From: an uncultured Archangium sp.
GTDB lineage: Bacteria; Myxococcota; Myxococcia; Myxococcales; Myxococcaceae
Length of the DNA: 64,000 bases
Direction: 5' to 3'
Assembly (NCBI GenBank): GCA_964459885.1
Contig: CAYWON010000011.1
Coordinates: 3,302-67,301 of the forward strand
The translations under genes were made by a program, and so were the position numbers. Below, one piece after another: positions 12,267 to 22,851 of the stretch. The notes below the pieces were generated by a model. That model was given only the letters and a program-made list of their open reading frames with translations, made no database searches and had not been told where the DNA came from. Numbering within the stretch: position 1 is the stretch's first letter; the number at the start of each line of letters is the position of its first letter.

Positions 12267-15200
12267 ATGTGGTTGGTTCGAATCGCGCTTCAGCGGCCGT
12301 ACACGTTCGTCGTGATGTCGATGCTCATCGTGATCCTCGGGGTCTTCACGATCCTGCGCATCCCGACAGACATCTTCCCGACCATCGACATTCCCGTCGT
12401 CTCGGTGGTGTGGAGCTACGGCGGCCTCCCTCCTGAGGAGATGGAGAAGCGCATCACCACCAACTACGAGCGCTTCGTCACCACCGTCGTCAACGACATC
12501 GAGCACATCGAGAGCCAGTCGCTGACCGGCATGGTGGTGGTGAAGGTGTTCCTGCAGCCGGGCGCCAGCGTCGACGCGGCGGTCGCGCAGATCACCGCGG
12601 TCAGTCAGGCCGCCGTGCGCCAGATGCCGCCGGGCACGGTGCCGCCGCTCATCATCCGCTACTCGGCGTCGAACGTTCCCATCATCCAGGCGGCGCTCGA
12701 GTCGGACACGCTCAGCGAGCAGCAGCTCTTCGACCTGGGCTTCAACTTCCTGCGCGCTGACATCTCGACCATCCCCGGGTCGCAGATCCCGTTCCCGTAC
12801 GGCGGGCGGCAGCGACAGATCCAGATCGACATTGACCCGCAGCGTCTCTACGCGTGGGGCCTGTCGCCGCGCGACGTGAACACCGCGCTCGGGCTGCAGA
12901 ACGTCATCTTGCCCGGCGGCTCGGCGAAGATCGGCGAGAGCGAGTTCCCCATCATCCTCAACTCGAACCCCGAGCTGCTGGAAGACATCGGCAACATCCC
13001 GCTGCGCACCGTCGACGGAAAGACTGTGTTCGTGCGCGACGTGGGCAACGTGCGCGACGGCTCGGCGCCGCAGACCAGCATCGTGCACATGGCCGGCCGC
13101 AAGGCCGCGCTGATGACCATCTTGAAGAACGGCAACGCCAGCACGCTCGACGTCGTCGACGCGGTGAAAGAGGTGCTACCGGGCGCGCTCGCCAAGCTGC
13201 CGAAGGAGCTCAAGGTCTCGCTGCTGTTCGACCAGTCCATCTTCGTGCGCGCGGCGGTCACGGGCGTCATCACCGAGGCGCTCATCGCCGGCGCGCTGAC
13301 GGCGCTGATGATTCTGTTGTTCCTCGGCAGCTGGCGGAGCACCGTGGTGGTCGTCGTCAGCATTCCGCTGTCGATCCTCACCAGCATCATCGTGCTCGGC
13401 GCGCTGGGGCAGACGCTCAACGTGATGACGCTGGGCGGCCTCGCGCTGGCCGTCGGCATCCTCGTCGACGACGCCACGGTGGCCATCGAGAACATCCACC
13501 GCAACCTCGGGCAGCGGAAAGGCTTCATCCAGAGCATCGTCGACGGCGCGCAGGAGATCGCCGTGCCCGCGCTGGTGGCGACGCTGTGCATCTGCATCGT
13601 CTTCGTGCCCGTGGGCTTCATCACCGGCTCGGCGAAGTCGCTCTTCGTGCCGATGGCCATGGCCGTCGTGTTCGCGATGCTGATGTCGTACGTGCTCTCG
13701 CGCACGCTGGTGCCGACGATGGTGCGCGCGCTGCTCGAGAAAGAGGCCGCGAACCACGGCCACGTGCACCCGTTCTTCGCGGCGTTCAACCGGCGGTTTG
13801 ATCAGCTCCGCACCTGGTACGGCGGCTGGTTGGCGTGGGCGCTGGCGAACCGGCGCACGGTGGTCATCGGCTTCTCGTTGTTCGCCGTCGGCTCGATGAG
13901 CCTCATGTTGCTCGTGGGGCGCGACTTCTTTCCGGCGGTCGACGCCGGCCTCATCAAGCTGCACGTGCGCGGGGTGCCGGGCACGCGCATCGAAGAGACC
14001 GAGAAGCGCTTCGCGGAGATCGAAGACACCATTCGCACCGTCATCCCCGAGGACGAGATCGCCACGCTCATCGACAACATGGGCATCCCGACGTCGGGCA
14101 TCAACCTGTCGCTGTCGGAAGGCGCGCTCATCTCATCGGCCGACGGGCAGATCCTCATCGCGCTGCACGAGCATCACCAGCCAACCGAGCAGTACGTCTC
14201 GAAGCTGCGCCGCGTGTTGAACGAGAAGTACCCCGACACGACCTTCTTCTTCCTCGCGCCAGACATCTCGACGCAGGTGCTGAACTTCGGCCTGCCTGCG
14301 CCCATCAGCGTGCAGGTGACCGGCGCGGTCGGCAACGAGGCGGCGACGTACGGCATCGCCGAGCGCATCGCCGAGGAACTCAAGAAGGTGCCGGGCGCCG
14401 CCGACGTGCACCTCGCGCAGGTGCAGCACCGACCGCAGCTGCGCATCGACGTCGACCGCACCATGGCCAGCGGCATGGGCCTCACGCAGCGCGACGTGGC
14501 CAACGACGTGCTGGTGTCGTTGAGCTCGAGCTCGCAGGTCGCGCCCAGCTACTGGCTCGACAAGCGCGGCGTGCAGTACCTCGTGGCGGTGCAGACGCCG
14601 CAGTACACGATCGACTCGGTCGACGCGCTCAAGACCACGCCGCTCTCGCTGGGCGCGCGCGGCACGCCGCAGCTGTTGTCGAACGTGGCCAGCGTTCGCC
14701 GCAGCACTGGCCCGGTGAACATCACGCACTTCAACGCCACGCGGACGTTTGACGTGCAGGCCAACGTCGAGGGCACCGACCTCGGCAGCGTGGCGAGCGC
14801 CATCGACCGCATCGTCGAGGGCATGCAGAAGGACTTCCCGCGCGGCACCAGGGTGAAGGTGAAGGGGCAGATCGAGAGCATGAACTCGTCGTTCCGCGGC
14901 CTGGGCTTCGGCCTCATTTTCGCGGTGCTGCTCGTGTACCTGTTGATGGTCTTGAACTTCCAGTCGTGGGTCGACCCGCTCATCATCTTGATGGCGTTGC
15001 CGGGCGCGCTCGCGGGCATCTCGTGGATGTTGTTCCTCACGCAGACGAGCTTGAGCGTTCCGGCGCTGATGGGCTCGCTGATGACGGTGGGCGTGGCGAC
15101 GGCGAACTCGATTCTCGTGGTCACGTTCGCGAACGATCAACGCAAGGTCGGCCGCGACGCCGTGCAGGCCGCGCTGGCGTCGGGCATGACGCGCCTGCGC

Positions 15201-15413
15201 CCCGTCATCATGACCGCCGCGGCGATGATCATCGGCATGCTGCCCATGTCGTTGGGCATCGGCGACGGCGGTGAGCAGAACGCGCCGCTCGGTCGCGCCG
15301 TCATCGGCGGGCTGCTGGTGGCCACGGTGACGACGCTGTTCTTCGTACCCGTCATGTACAGCGTGCTGCGCCGCAAGGCCGCGCAGCCCGACCCTCTCGT
15401 GGAGCACCTGTGA
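12267..15413 (+). CDS. RND efflux transporter permease (AcrB/HAE family)
   Basis: 1048 aa with 12-TM/2-loop RND architecture. N-terminus IALQRPYTFVVMSMLIVILG. Confidence 0.95.
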   Translation: MWLVRIALQRPYTFVVMSMLIVILGVFTILRIPTDIFPTIDIPVVSVVWSYGGLPPEEMEKRITTNYERFVTTVVNDIEHIESQSLTGMVVVKVFLQPGASVDAAVAQITAVSQAAVRQMPPGTVPPLIIRYSASNVPIIQAALESDTLSEQQLFDLGFNFLRADISTIPGSQIPFPYGGRQRQIQIDIDPQRLYAWGLSPRDVNTALGLQNVILPGGSAKIGESEFPIILNSNPELLEDIGNIPLRTVDGKTVFVRDVGNVRDGSAPQTSIVHMAGRKAALMTILKNGNASTLDVVDAVKEVLPGALAKLPKELKVSLLFDQSIFVRAAVTGVITEALIAGALTALMILLFLGSWRSTVVVVVSIPLSILTSIIVLGALGQTLNVMTLGGLALAVGILVDDATVAIENIHRNLGQRKGFIQSIVDGAQEIAVPALVATLCICIVFVPVGFITGSAKSLFVPMAMAVVFAMLMSYVLSRTLVPTMVRALLEKEAANHGHVHPFFAAFNRRFDQLRTWYGGWLAWALANRRTVVIGFSLFAVGSMSLMLLVGRDFFPAVDAGLIKLHVRGVPGTRIEETEKRFAEIEDTIRTVIPEDEIATLIDNMGIPTSGINLSLSEGALISSADGQILIALHEHHQPTEQYVSKLRRVLNEKYPDTTFFFLAPDISTQVLNFGLPAPISVQVTGAVGNEAATYGIAERIAEELKKVPGAADVHLAQVQHRPQLRIDVDRTMASGMGLTQRDVANDVLVSLSSSSQVAPSYWLDKRGVQYLVAVQTPQYTIDSVDALKTTPLSLGARGTPQLLSNVASVRRSTGPVNITHFNATRTFDVQANVEGTDLGSVASAIDRIVEGMQKDFPRGTRVKVKGQIESMNSSFRGLGFGLIFAVLLVYLLMVLNFQSWVDPLIILMALPGALAGISWMLFLTQTSLSVPALMGSLMTVGVATANSILVVTFANDQRKVGRDAVQAALASGMTRLRPVIMTAAAMIIGMLPMSLGIGDGGEQNAPLGRAVIGGLLVATVTTLFFVPVMYSVLRRKAAQPDPLVEHL

Positions 15414-16678
15414 GCGAACCAACTGGACACGACAAGCCGCTGGTTGAAGACGATCTCGGGTTCGAGCTGCCCAAACCGACGAAGGTGTCGCCCAAGCGGG
15501 GCGCGCTCATCGGCGGCGTCGCCATCGCCGCGCTGGTGGCGCTGTTCCTCTTCGGCTTGTTGCCGAAGGTCTTCGGTCGTCACGAGCTCGAGCGAGAGAC
15601 CACCAGCGGGCTCGGCGCGTTGCCGCGCGTCGAAGTGGTGCAGCCGAAGGTGTTGAGCTCCGACCGCGCGATGCTCTTGCCGGGCACCGCGCAGCCGCTG
15701 GAAGACACGGTCGTCTACCCGCGCGTGTCTGGCTACGTGAAGAAGTGGAACGTCGACCTCGGCGATGACGTGAAGGAAGGCGACGTGTTGATGGAGATCG
15801 ACACGCCGGAGCTCGACGCGCAGCTGGAGCAGGGCAGGGCGCAGCTCGCTGAAGCCGAGGCCGCGGTGATTCGCGCGAAGTCGGCGGTGCAGGTCTCGAC
15901 GACGATGGCCGAGCGCTACAAGTCGCTGGCGCCCGCGGGCATCGCCTCGCAGCAGGACTACGAGCAGCGGCAGGGCCAGGCCGACGTCGACAGCGCGAAC
16001 GTCGGCGTGGCGACCGCGAACGTGGCGGCGGCGCAGGCCAACCTGCGGCGGCTGCAGCAGACCAAGGGCTTCACCCGGGTGACCGCGCCGTTCGCGGGCC
16101 GCGTGGTGCAGCGCTTCGTCGAGCGCGGCATGTTGGTGAGCGCCGGTACGCAGACGCCGCTGTACCGGCTGCAGAACAACGACCCGATTCGTGTGTTCAT
16201 CAACGTGCCGCAAGACGTCGCGCCCAGCGTGAAGGCCGGCGCCGACGCGACGGTGACGGTGCGCGAGTTCGCCGGCCGGGAGTTCAAGGGGCAGGTCTCG
16301 CGCGCCGCCGGGTCGCTCGACAGCGTGTCACGCACCATGATGACCGAGGTGCGCGTGCCCAACCCGGAGCATGAGTTGCTCGCCGGTATGTACGTGCAGG
16401 TGGCGCTCAACCTGCCGGTGCCGCACCGCTTGCTCGAGGTGCCGGCGACGGCGCTCTATTCAGATTCCAAGGGCACGCGGTTGGCTGTGGTCGACGCGCA
16501 GAACAACGTGGCGATGCGGCGCATCGTCATCGAGCGCGACATGGGCTCGACGTTGCAGATCTCCACCGGCCTCGAAGGCGACGAGCGCATCGTGAAGCTC
16601 GCCAGCTCCGCGCTCGACGACGGGTCGAAGGTCGACATCATCCAGCCGGCGGCTCCCAAGGCGGAACCCGCGAAATGA
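15410..16678 (+). CDS. RND efflux periplasmic adaptor (MFP/HlyD family)
   Basis: 422 aa. GTG start overlaps the pump stop (GTGA). Contains a lipoyl-like motif (GDDVKEGDVLMEIDTPEL), a coiled-coil hairpin and a beta-barrel. Confidence 0.9.
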   Translation: MSEPTGHDKPLVEDDLGFELPKPTKVSPKRGALIGGVAIAALVALFLFGLLPKVFGRHELERETTSGLGALPRVEVVQPKVLSSDRAMLLPGTAQPLEDTVVYPRVSGYVKKWNVDLGDDVKEGDVLMEIDTPELDAQLEQGRAQLAEAEAAVIRAKSAVQVSTTMAERYKSLAPAGIASQQDYEQRQGQADVDSANVGVATANVAAAQANLRRLQQTKGFTRVTAPFAGRVVQRFVERGMLVSAGTQTPLYRLQNNDPIRVFINVPQDVAPSVKAGADATVTVREFAGREFKGQVSRAAGSLDSVSRTMMTEVRVPNPEHELLAGMYVQVALNLPVPHRLLEVPATALYSDSKGTRLAVVDAQNNVAMRRIVIERDMGSTLQISTGLEGDERIVKLASSALDDGSKVDIIQPAAPKAEPAK

Positions 16679-17337
16679 ACTTCCGCGCGCTCGTCATCGG
16701 TGGCACCGGCCAGGTCGGCTCTGCGTTGCTGCGGGCGCTGGTCGCCGAAGCGTCGTGCCTTGAAGTCGTCATGGTGACCCGCAAGGCGGTGTCTGCGCCG
16801 CTGCCGCCGCGCGTACGACAGGTGGTGCTCGACACGGCCGCGCCGGGCTTCGAGGCCGAGGTGACGATGGTCGCGAAGTCGCTCGAAGGCCGCGTGGTCG
16901 CCGCGTCGTGCGTTGGCGTGGGCGCGGGCTCGAACAAGTGGACTGAAGACGAGCTGAAGGCGTTGGAGGCCGGTGTCGTCGGCGCGTTCGCTCGGGGTTG
17001 TCACGCGGTGGGTGTGCAGCACTTCGGCCTGCTGACCGCGGTGGGCAGCGATTCAAAGAGCCGGGTCAAATACATCCGCGTGATGGGGCTGAAGGAAGAA
17101 GCCATCGAGGGCATCGGCTTCAAGCGGCTCGCGATCTTCCAGCCCGGCATCATCGGCGGCAACGCGCACACCCCGAAGGTCGTCGACTGGCTGGGCAAGT
17201 TGATCCCCGGTCGCTTCGGCACCGTGCATCAAGACGACATCGGCCGCGCGTTCGTGGCGGACTTCGTGAAGCACGCCGACGCGTCGGGGGTCGTTCGCTA
17301 CGAGAACGGCGCCATGCGCGCTGCCTCGGCGGTGTGA
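16675..17337 (+). CDS. NAD(P)H-binding Rossmann protein (atypical SDR / HTATIP2-like)
   Basis: 220 aa. Has VIGGTGQVGSALLRAL. The start overlaps the adaptor stop (ATGA). Confidence 0.75.
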   Translation: MNFRALVIGGTGQVGSALLRALVAEASCLEVVMVTRKAVSAPLPPRVRQVVLDTAAPGFEAEVTMVAKSLEGRVVAASCVGVGAGSNKWTEDELKALEAGVVGAFARGCHAVGVQHFGLLTAVGSDSKSRVKYIRVMGLKEEAIEGIGFKRLAIFQPGIIGGNAHTPKVVDWLGKLIPGRFGTVHQDDIGRAFVADFVKHADASGVVRYENGAMRAASAV

Positions 17338-17370
17338 CAGCGGCCGTACGACGAGCGTACCGTCGCCCTC

Positions 17371-17613
17371 ATGCCGCGACATCACGACACCAGGTTGCTC
17401 TCGGTTCGCCTGTCCGCAGCGGCTGCGGCGCGCGTCGCTCGGCTAGCGAAGGCGCGACACACCACCGTGTCCGCGGTCATTCGCGAGGCGCTGGAAGCGC
17501 TCGGCGAGCCGTCGAGTCTGTGGGACCGCGTGAAGCCCCTGATCGGCAAGAAGGGCTCTGGCGTCGGAGACCTGTCGTCCAACAAGCAGCGCCTGAAAGA
17601 CTTCGGCGCGTAA
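17371..17613 (+). CDS. ribbon-helix-helix (CopG/antitoxin-like) protein
   Basis: 80 aa. TRLLSVRLSAAAAARVARLAKARHTTVSAVIREALEAL fits the RHH beta-alpha-alpha pattern. Confidence 0.55.
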   Translation: MPRHHDTRLLSVRLSAAAAARVARLAKARHTTVSAVIREALEALGEPSSLWDRVKPLIGKKGSGVGDLSSNKQRLKDFGA

Positions 17614-17617
17614 GCGA

Positions 17618-19048
17618 CTACTTGCGGACCTCGGTCACCAGCGCGTCGACGGACTTCTTGGCGTCGCCGAACAGCATGCGCGTGCCGTCGAGGTAGAACA
17701 GCGGGTTCTCGACGCCGGCGTAGCCCGCCGCCATGCCGCGCTTGAACACCACCGTCAGCTTCGACTTCCAGACCTCGAGCACCGGCATGCCGTAGATGCT
17801 GGAGCTCGGGTCATCGAGCGCGCCGGGGTTCACGATGTCGTTGGCGCCGATGACCAGCACCACGTCGGTGTTGGGGAAGTCAGCGTTGATGTGCTCCATC
17901 TCGAGCACGATGTCGTAGGGAACGCCGGCTTCGGCGAGCAACACGTTCATGTGGCCAGGCAGACGCCCCGCGACCGGGTGAATCGCGAAGCGCACGTTGA
18001 TGCCCTTCTCGCGGAGCGTGTGCGTCAGCTCCTTCACCGAGCCCTGCGCGCGTGACACGGCCATGCCGTAGCCCGGCACGATGACGACGTTGCGTGCTTC
18101 GAGCAGCCGCCGCGCGACCTCGTCGGCCTTCATCTCGGTGACTTCACCCGCGGGCTGCGCACCGCCGGGCGCCGCAGGCTTCGCGTCGCCGGTGCCGAAG
18201 CCGCCGAACACCACGTTGAGAATCGACCGGTTCATCGCGCGGCACATGATGATCGACAGAATCGTGCCCGACGCGCCGACGAGCGCGCCGGTGACGATGA
18301 GCAGGTCGTTCGCCAGCATGAAGCCCGCCGCCGCCGCCGCCCAGCCCGAGTAGCTGTTGAGCAGCGAGACGACGACCGGCATGTCAGCGCCGCCGATGGC
18401 CATGACGAGGTGCACGCCCAGCAGCGACGCGAGCACCGTCATGATGACGAGGAACAGGAGCCCGTCGTGGCCCGACGCCAACAAGAACGGCCAGCCGAGC
18501 CCGATGATGGCCGCGGCCACCAGCGCGTTGAGCGCGTGACGACCGGGCAGCAGCAGCGGCTTGCCCGACAGCGAGCCCTTCAGCTTGGCCCACGCGACGA
18601 TGGAGCCGGTCAGCGTGATGGCGCCGACCGCGATGCCCACCCAGATCTCCACGAGGTGGACGGTGTGGCGCAGCGCATCGGGCGCCGCGTTGACGGGCCG
18701 CAGGTACGACGAGAAGCCGACCAGCACCGCGGCGAGGCCGACGAACGAGTGCAGCACGGCCACGAGCTCCGGCATGCCGGTCATCTCGACGCGCCGCGCG
18801 AGCCCGCCGCCGATGACACCGCCGACGACCGCCGCGCCGACCAGCAACATCAGCCCGTGCGTGCGCGCCGACAGGTCAGACGACAGGCCCCACGCCACCG
18901 AGGTGACGACGATGGCCAGCACCATGCCGAGGATGCCGAAGAGGTTGCCCTGCGACGCCGTCTCTTGCTTCGAGAGGCCGCCGAGCGAGCGGATGAAGAG
19001 CACGCCTGCCGCGAGGTACGCCACGTCCAACAAGCCAGCGGTCATCAT
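17618..19048 (-). CDS. pntB: NAD(P) transhydrogenase subunit beta
   Basis: 476 aa. Polytopic N-terminus and a C-terminal dIII domain (GYGMAV..AQ, ANDIVNP). Confidence 0.95.
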   Translation of the reverse strand: MMTAGLLDVAYLAAGVLFIRSLGGLSKQETASQGNLFGILGMVLAIVVTSVAWGLSSDLSARTHGLMLLVGAAVVGGVIGGGLARRVEMTGMPELVAVLHSFVGLAAVLVGFSSYLRPVNAAPDALRHTVHLVEIWVGIAVGAITLTGSIVAWAKLKGSLSGKPLLLPGRHALNALVAAAIIGLGWPFLLASGHDGLLFLVIMTVLASLLGVHLVMAIGGADMPVVVSLLNSYSGWAAAAAGFMLANDLLIVTGALVGASGTILSIIMCRAMNRSILNVVFGGFGTGDAKPAAPGGAQPAGEVTEMKADEVARRLLEARNVVIVPGYGMAVSRAQGSVKELTHTLREKGINVRFAIHPVAGRLPGHMNVLLAEAGVPYDIVLEMEHINADFPNTDVVLVIGANDIVNPGALDDPSSSIYGMPVLEVWKSKLTVVFKRGMAAGYAGVENPLFYLDGTRMLFGDAKKSVDALVTEVRK

Positions 19049-20619
19049 CGGCCGTGCCCTCCGTGCGAAGGCGCAGCGGGTGCGGCGTCGTCTCTCCTGA
19101 ACATCTTCAACATGCGCTGCGTGACGAGGAAGCCGCCGGCGATGTTGATGGCCGCGAACAACACGGCCGCCGCGCCCAGCAGCGACGCGACGTCGAGGTC
19201 ACCGCCCACCTGCAGCATGCCGCCGATGATGATGATGCCGGAGATGGCGTTGGTGACGCTCATGAGCGGCGTATGCAGCGACGGCGAGACCGACCAGATG
19301 ACCTGCCAGCCGACGAAGCACGCCAGCACGAACACGGTGGAGTGCTGCAGGAACTCCGGCGGCGCGAAGCGACCGAGCAGGAAGAGCACCACGATGAGGA
19401 CGAGGCCGCCGATGGTGCTGCCCCACGCGCGGCGCGTCGGCGATTGAATGTGCTGCTGCGCGGGCTTCGCGGCGGGCGGCGGCGCTTTCTTGGGCGGCGG
19501 CGCTGGCTCTTTCACCGGCGCGGGCGGCAGCTTCTCTCCGCGGTGCAGCAGCAGGGCAGGGCGCACGACGTCGTTCTCGAGGTTGATGTCGAGCGTGTCG
19601 CCTTTGCCCAGCTCGCCCGCGAGGTGCCAGAGGTTCATCGCGAAGAACCGGCTCGACGTCGTCGCCATGCGGCTCGCGAGATCCGTGAAGCCGAGGATCT
19701 GCACGCCGTTGTGCACGACGATCTCACCGGGCTTCGTCAGCTCGCAGTTGCCGCCTTGCTCGGCGGCCATGTCGACGATGATGGAGCCGGGCTTCAAGCA
19801 CTCGACCACGTCGCGCGGCACCAGCGTCGGCGCCTTCGCGCCCGGCACGAGCGCGGTGGTGATGATGACGTCGACCTCGCGCGCCTGCTGGCGGAAGAGC
19901 TCCATCTCGGCGGCGATGAACTCCGGCGACATCACCTTGGCGTAGCCGCCCTGGCCTTCGCCGGCTTCCTTCAGCGAGACCTCGAGGAAGCGCGCGCCGA
20001 GTGACTCGACCTGCTCGCGCGCCGCGGCACGCGTGTCGAACGCGCGCACGTCTGCGCCGAGCGCCCGCGCCGCACCGACGGCCGCGAGCCCTGCGACGCC
20101 CGCGCCGATGATGAGCACCTTCGCGGGCGGCGTCGCACCTGCGGCGGTGATCTGCGGCGAGAAGAAGCCCTGGTAGTGCGTCGCAGCTTCGACGACCGCG
20201 CGGTAGCCCGAGAGGTTCGCCATCGACGACAGCACGTCCATCTTCTGGGCGCGCGTCACACGCGGGACCTTCTCGAGCGCCAGCACGGTCGCCTTGCGCG
20301 CTTCGAGTGCGCCCAGCACCGCAGGGTTGCGCTCGACCTGAATCAACGAGACCAGCAGCGCGCCTTCTTTGAGCTTCGCCGACTCGTCGACGGTGGGCGG
20401 CCGCACCTTGAACACGGCGTCGCTGTCCCACGCGGACTCGACGACCTCCGCGGCCGCGGCCACGTACGCGTCGTCGCTGATGCCAGCGCCGCTGCCTGCG
20501 CCGCGCTCGACGCGCACCGCCAGCCCGCGCTCCTTGAACTTCTTGATCGACTCAGGCGTGGCCGCCACCCGCTTCTCGCCGGGCAGCGACTCCTTCGGGA
20601 CACCGATGACGAAACTCAC
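19045..20619 (-). CDS. pntA: NAD(P) transhydrogenase subunit alpha
   Basis: 524 aa. AlaDH-like dI domain with [13 protein letters not shown], plus a C-terminal TM segment. 4-nt overlap with pntB. Confidence 0.95.
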   Translation of the reverse strand: MSFVIGVPKESLPGEKRVAATPESIKKFKERGLAVRVERGAGSGAGISDDAYVAAAAEVVESAWDSDAVFKVRPPTVDESAKLKEGALLVSLIQVERNPAVLGALEARKATVLALEKVPRVTRAQKMDVLSSMANLSGYRAVVEAATHYQGFFSPQITAAGATPPAKVLIIGAGVAGLAAVGAARALGADVRAFDTRAAAREQVESLGARFLEVSLKEAGEGQGGYAKVMSPEFIAAEMELFRQQAREVDVIITTALVPGAKAPTLVPRDVVECLKPGSIIVDMAAEQGGNCELTKPGEIVVHNGVQILGFTDLASRMATTSSRFFAMNLWHLAGELGKGDTLDINLENDVVRPALLLHRGEKLPPAPVKEPAPPPKKAPPPAAKPAQQHIQSPTRRAWGSTIGGLVLIVVLFLLGRFAPPEFLQHSTVFVLACFVGWQVIWSVSPSLHTPLMSVTNAISGIIIIGGMLQVGGDLDVASLLGAAAVLFAAINIAGGFLVTQRMLKMFRRDDAAPAAPSHGGHGR

Positions 20620-20681
20620 GGGCGCACTTCTTAGGTCGCGCAGTCACCAGTCGATACCGCGACGTTTGCCGCGTCGCGTCG

Positions 20682-21311
20682 TCAGGGCAGCAAGAGGCTG
20701 TCTGGAAAGCGCTGCAGGAAACGCGCGGTGCGAGCGGCGGCTTCGTCGTCACGACCGGCTGTGTGCAACGCCTTGATGAGCAGCGCTTCTCGTTCTTCCT
20801 CGAGGCGGCCGGCGGGGAACTCGCGCTCGTGGCGTTGCAGCTCGCTCAACGTCGTCGCGATGTCGCCGCGGGCCAGCGCCGCGCGCGCGACCTCGAGCAG
20901 CTTCCGCTCGGTGGCCAACGACACATCGCGCGAACTCTCGGGCTTCGCAGCGACGGGCTCCTTCGGAGGCCTGGGCTCGACGCGCGGCGCGGTCGGCGCC
21001 GGAACTTCGACGGGCACCGGCACTTCAACGCGCACGGGCACCTCGACGCGCACCGGCACTTCCACACGCACCTCGCGCGGCTCAGGTGGGAACACGTAGC
21101 GGTCCACCGCCACGCCGGCGCCGACGCCGGTCAGCAGCAGCGCCAGACCGCCGCCGATGAGCTTCGCGGTGGAGATCGACGCGGCGACCGCTGGCAGTGA
21201 GGTCGCGAGGCGGGCGGCCACTGTCGCTTCGAACGCAGGCGGCGGCGGAGGAGGCGACACGTCGCGCAAGAACTGGAGCTCTTCAGGCAGCGGCGGCAAT
21301 TGTTCGCTCAC
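20682..21311 (-). CDS. putative anti-sigma factor / membrane-anchored partner of the ECF sigma
   Basis: 209 aa. 4-nt overlap with the sigma gene, one central TM helix, a VEVPVR tandem repeat, and a helical TPR-like C-terminus. No ZAS motif seen. Confidence 0.55.
   Translation of the reverse strand: MSEQLPPLPEELQFLRDVSPPPPPPAFEATVAARLATSLPAVAASISTAKLIGGGLALLLTGVGAGVAVDRYVFPPEPREVRVEVPVRVEVPVRVEVPVPVEVPAPTAPRVEPRPPKEPVAAKPESSRDVSLATERKLLEVARAALARGDIATTLSELQRHEREFPAGRLEEEREALLIKALHTAGRDDEAAARTARFLQRFPDSLLLP
21003..21076. repeat. 18-bp coding tandem repeat (about 3.5 units; encodes VEVPVR)
   Basis: Consecutive units cgggcaccggcacttcaa / cgcgcacgggcacctcga / cgcgcaccggcacttcca. Confidence 0.8.
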
Positions 21312-21826
21312 GCGACACCTCCGCGGCGGGCTTCTTCTTGTCGGTACCGCTGCACCGCGCGCGCGACCTCTTCTCGCGCCAGCTTGAGCCGCGAGTACGT
21401 CGTCGGCGCTGGGCAGCGCATCAGCTCGGACACCTCGTTCACCGACAAGCCCTCGAGGTCGTGCAGCACGAACGCGGTGCGGCGCTCGTCGGGCAGCGAC
21501 GACAACGCGGCCTGCAGAATGCGGCGGCCCTGCTGGTCGGCGACCGAGTCGTCGGGCGCTGGCCGCTCGTCGGTCATCACCGGCATCGGCTCGGCCACGC
21601 GCTTCGAACGGCGGGCGTCAGAGAACACGCGGAACGCGATGCCCATGAGCCACGGGCGCGCCGGTCTGCTCGTGTCGTACGAGTCCCAACGGCGCGCTGC
21701 GGTGACGAACACGTCGTGCACCAGGTCCTCCATGTCCGACTCTGCGGCTCCCAGCTTCCACAGGAAGCCGTACAACGCCTTCATTTCCGCGCGGTACAGC
21801 GCGTCGAGCGCGCTCCGGGCACTCAT
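21308..21826 (-). CDS. ECF (group 4) RNA polymerase sigma-70 factor
   Basis: 172 aa. Region 2 (DLVHDVFV, RPWLMGIA) and region 4 (LPDERRTAFVLHDLEGLSVNEVSELM). Confidence 0.9.
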   Translation of the reverse strand: MSARSALDALYRAEMKALYGFLWKLGAAESDMEDLVHDVFVTAARRWDSYDTSRPARPWLMGIAFRVFSDARRSKRVAEPMPVMTDERPAPDDSVADQQGRRILQAALSSLPDERRTAFVLHDLEGLSVNEVSELMRCPAPTTYSRLKLAREEVARAVQRYRQEEARRGGVA

Positions 21827-21860
21827 GCGTCACACCTGTCTTGGCGGCAGCAGGCGGCGT

Positions 21861-22790
21861 TCATGAAGAAATCGTCAGCTCCACGGTGAAACCGAACGAG
21901 AGCGACACCGGCCAGGTCACCCACACCGGCGTACCTTCGAGCGACAGGGTGGTGCGCGTCAGCACCGCCGTGCCTTCGAGCCACGGGCTCAAGGCGACGA
22001 GCTTCGTTGGCTGAAAACGCAGCGCCACGCGCGCGCCGGCCTGGGCCATGAGCGAGGTGCGGCGTTCCTCACCGAGGTCGAACTGCAGCGCGCCCAACGA
22101 GCCCACGAGGCACCCCTGAAAGAGGCTCAGCTCGACGCACGGCACGGCGCTGCCAAGAAAGAGAAACGAGCCGATGCGGCGGTCGTCGACCTGCACGCCC
22201 GACGGGAGGTGCGCGCGCGCTTCGAGAGAGAACGAGAAGTGCGAGACGGCCACGCCCGCGCCGACCTTCGCGCCAGCGGTGAAGCCGGGGACGGCGCCCG
22301 CGGTGCCCAGCAGCGCTGCCGACGCTCGCAGTTGAAACGTCGACTGCTTCACGGCGACGGGCGGCGGCGCGCTGACGACGGGCTGCGGTTCCGGCGGCGC
22401 GGGCGCGGGTTCAGGTTCTGGCTCTTTCGCTGGCGTAGCGCGTACGGCCGGGTCGAGCGCGAGGGAGATCGCCAGCTCGACGGCCGAGGCCAGCTCCATG
22501 CAGTCGCCGCTGGGTGAATCGAGCGTGCGCTTGCCGACGCGACCGCTGGCGCGTGTGACGGTGAGCTGCGCGGTGACGGCCGGTGCTTCGGCTGGCGAAA
22601 TGACGACCGACACGAGCTCCGGCGCTGCATCGACGAACGGGTCGCGGCCCAGGCGCGCGGCGACCGCAGCGTGCACCCAGCGCTCATCTGGACAGCCCTT
22701 CACCGATGCGTCGACGCGGTACTCGAGGCGCGCTTCTGGAGCGGCCACCAGCGCAAGCATGACGACGGGCCCCAGCATCGCGAAACGCAC
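21861..22790 (-). CDS. hypothetical secreted protein (C-terminal half beta-rich)
   Basis: 309 aa. Signal peptide MRFAMLGPVVMLALVAAPEA, a proline-rich linker and alternating-pattern C-terminal strands. Confidence 0.55.
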   Translation of the reverse strand: MRFAMLGPVVMLALVAAPEARLEYRVDASVKGCPDERWVHAAVAARLGRDPFVDAAPELVSVVISPAEAPAVTAQLTVTRASGRVGKRTLDSPSGDCMELASAVELAISLALDPAVRATPAKEPEPEPAPAPPEPQPVVSAPPPVAVKQSTFQLRASAALLGTAGAVPGFTAGAKVGAGVAVSHFSFSLEARAHLPSGVQVDDRRIGSFLFLGSAVPCVELSLFQGCLVGSLGALQFDLGEERRTSLMAQAGARVALRFQPTKLVALSPWLEGTAVLTRTTLSLEGTPVWVTWPVSLSFGFTVELTISS

Positions 22791-22851
22791 GTACCAGACG
22801 GAGGGCCGAAAAATTCTTCATAAAAGCGCCGCGTCGTTCCCAAGACAGGGC

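Noticed and set aside
11481-13088. 535-aa minus-strand ORF, and similar long antisense ORFs at 14133-15422, 28023-29858, 43811-45769, 48851-49903 and 10068-10883
   Set aside because: All overlap genes with clear homology-type motifs on the other strand and have Arg/Gly/Ala/Asp-biased, motif-free translations. They are high-GC artefacts.
19045-20619. PntA as an unusual alpha1-alpha2 fusion
   Set aside because: A about 510-525-aa PntA with a C-terminal TM segment is the standard proteobacterial arrangement, as in E. coli. It is not noteworthy.
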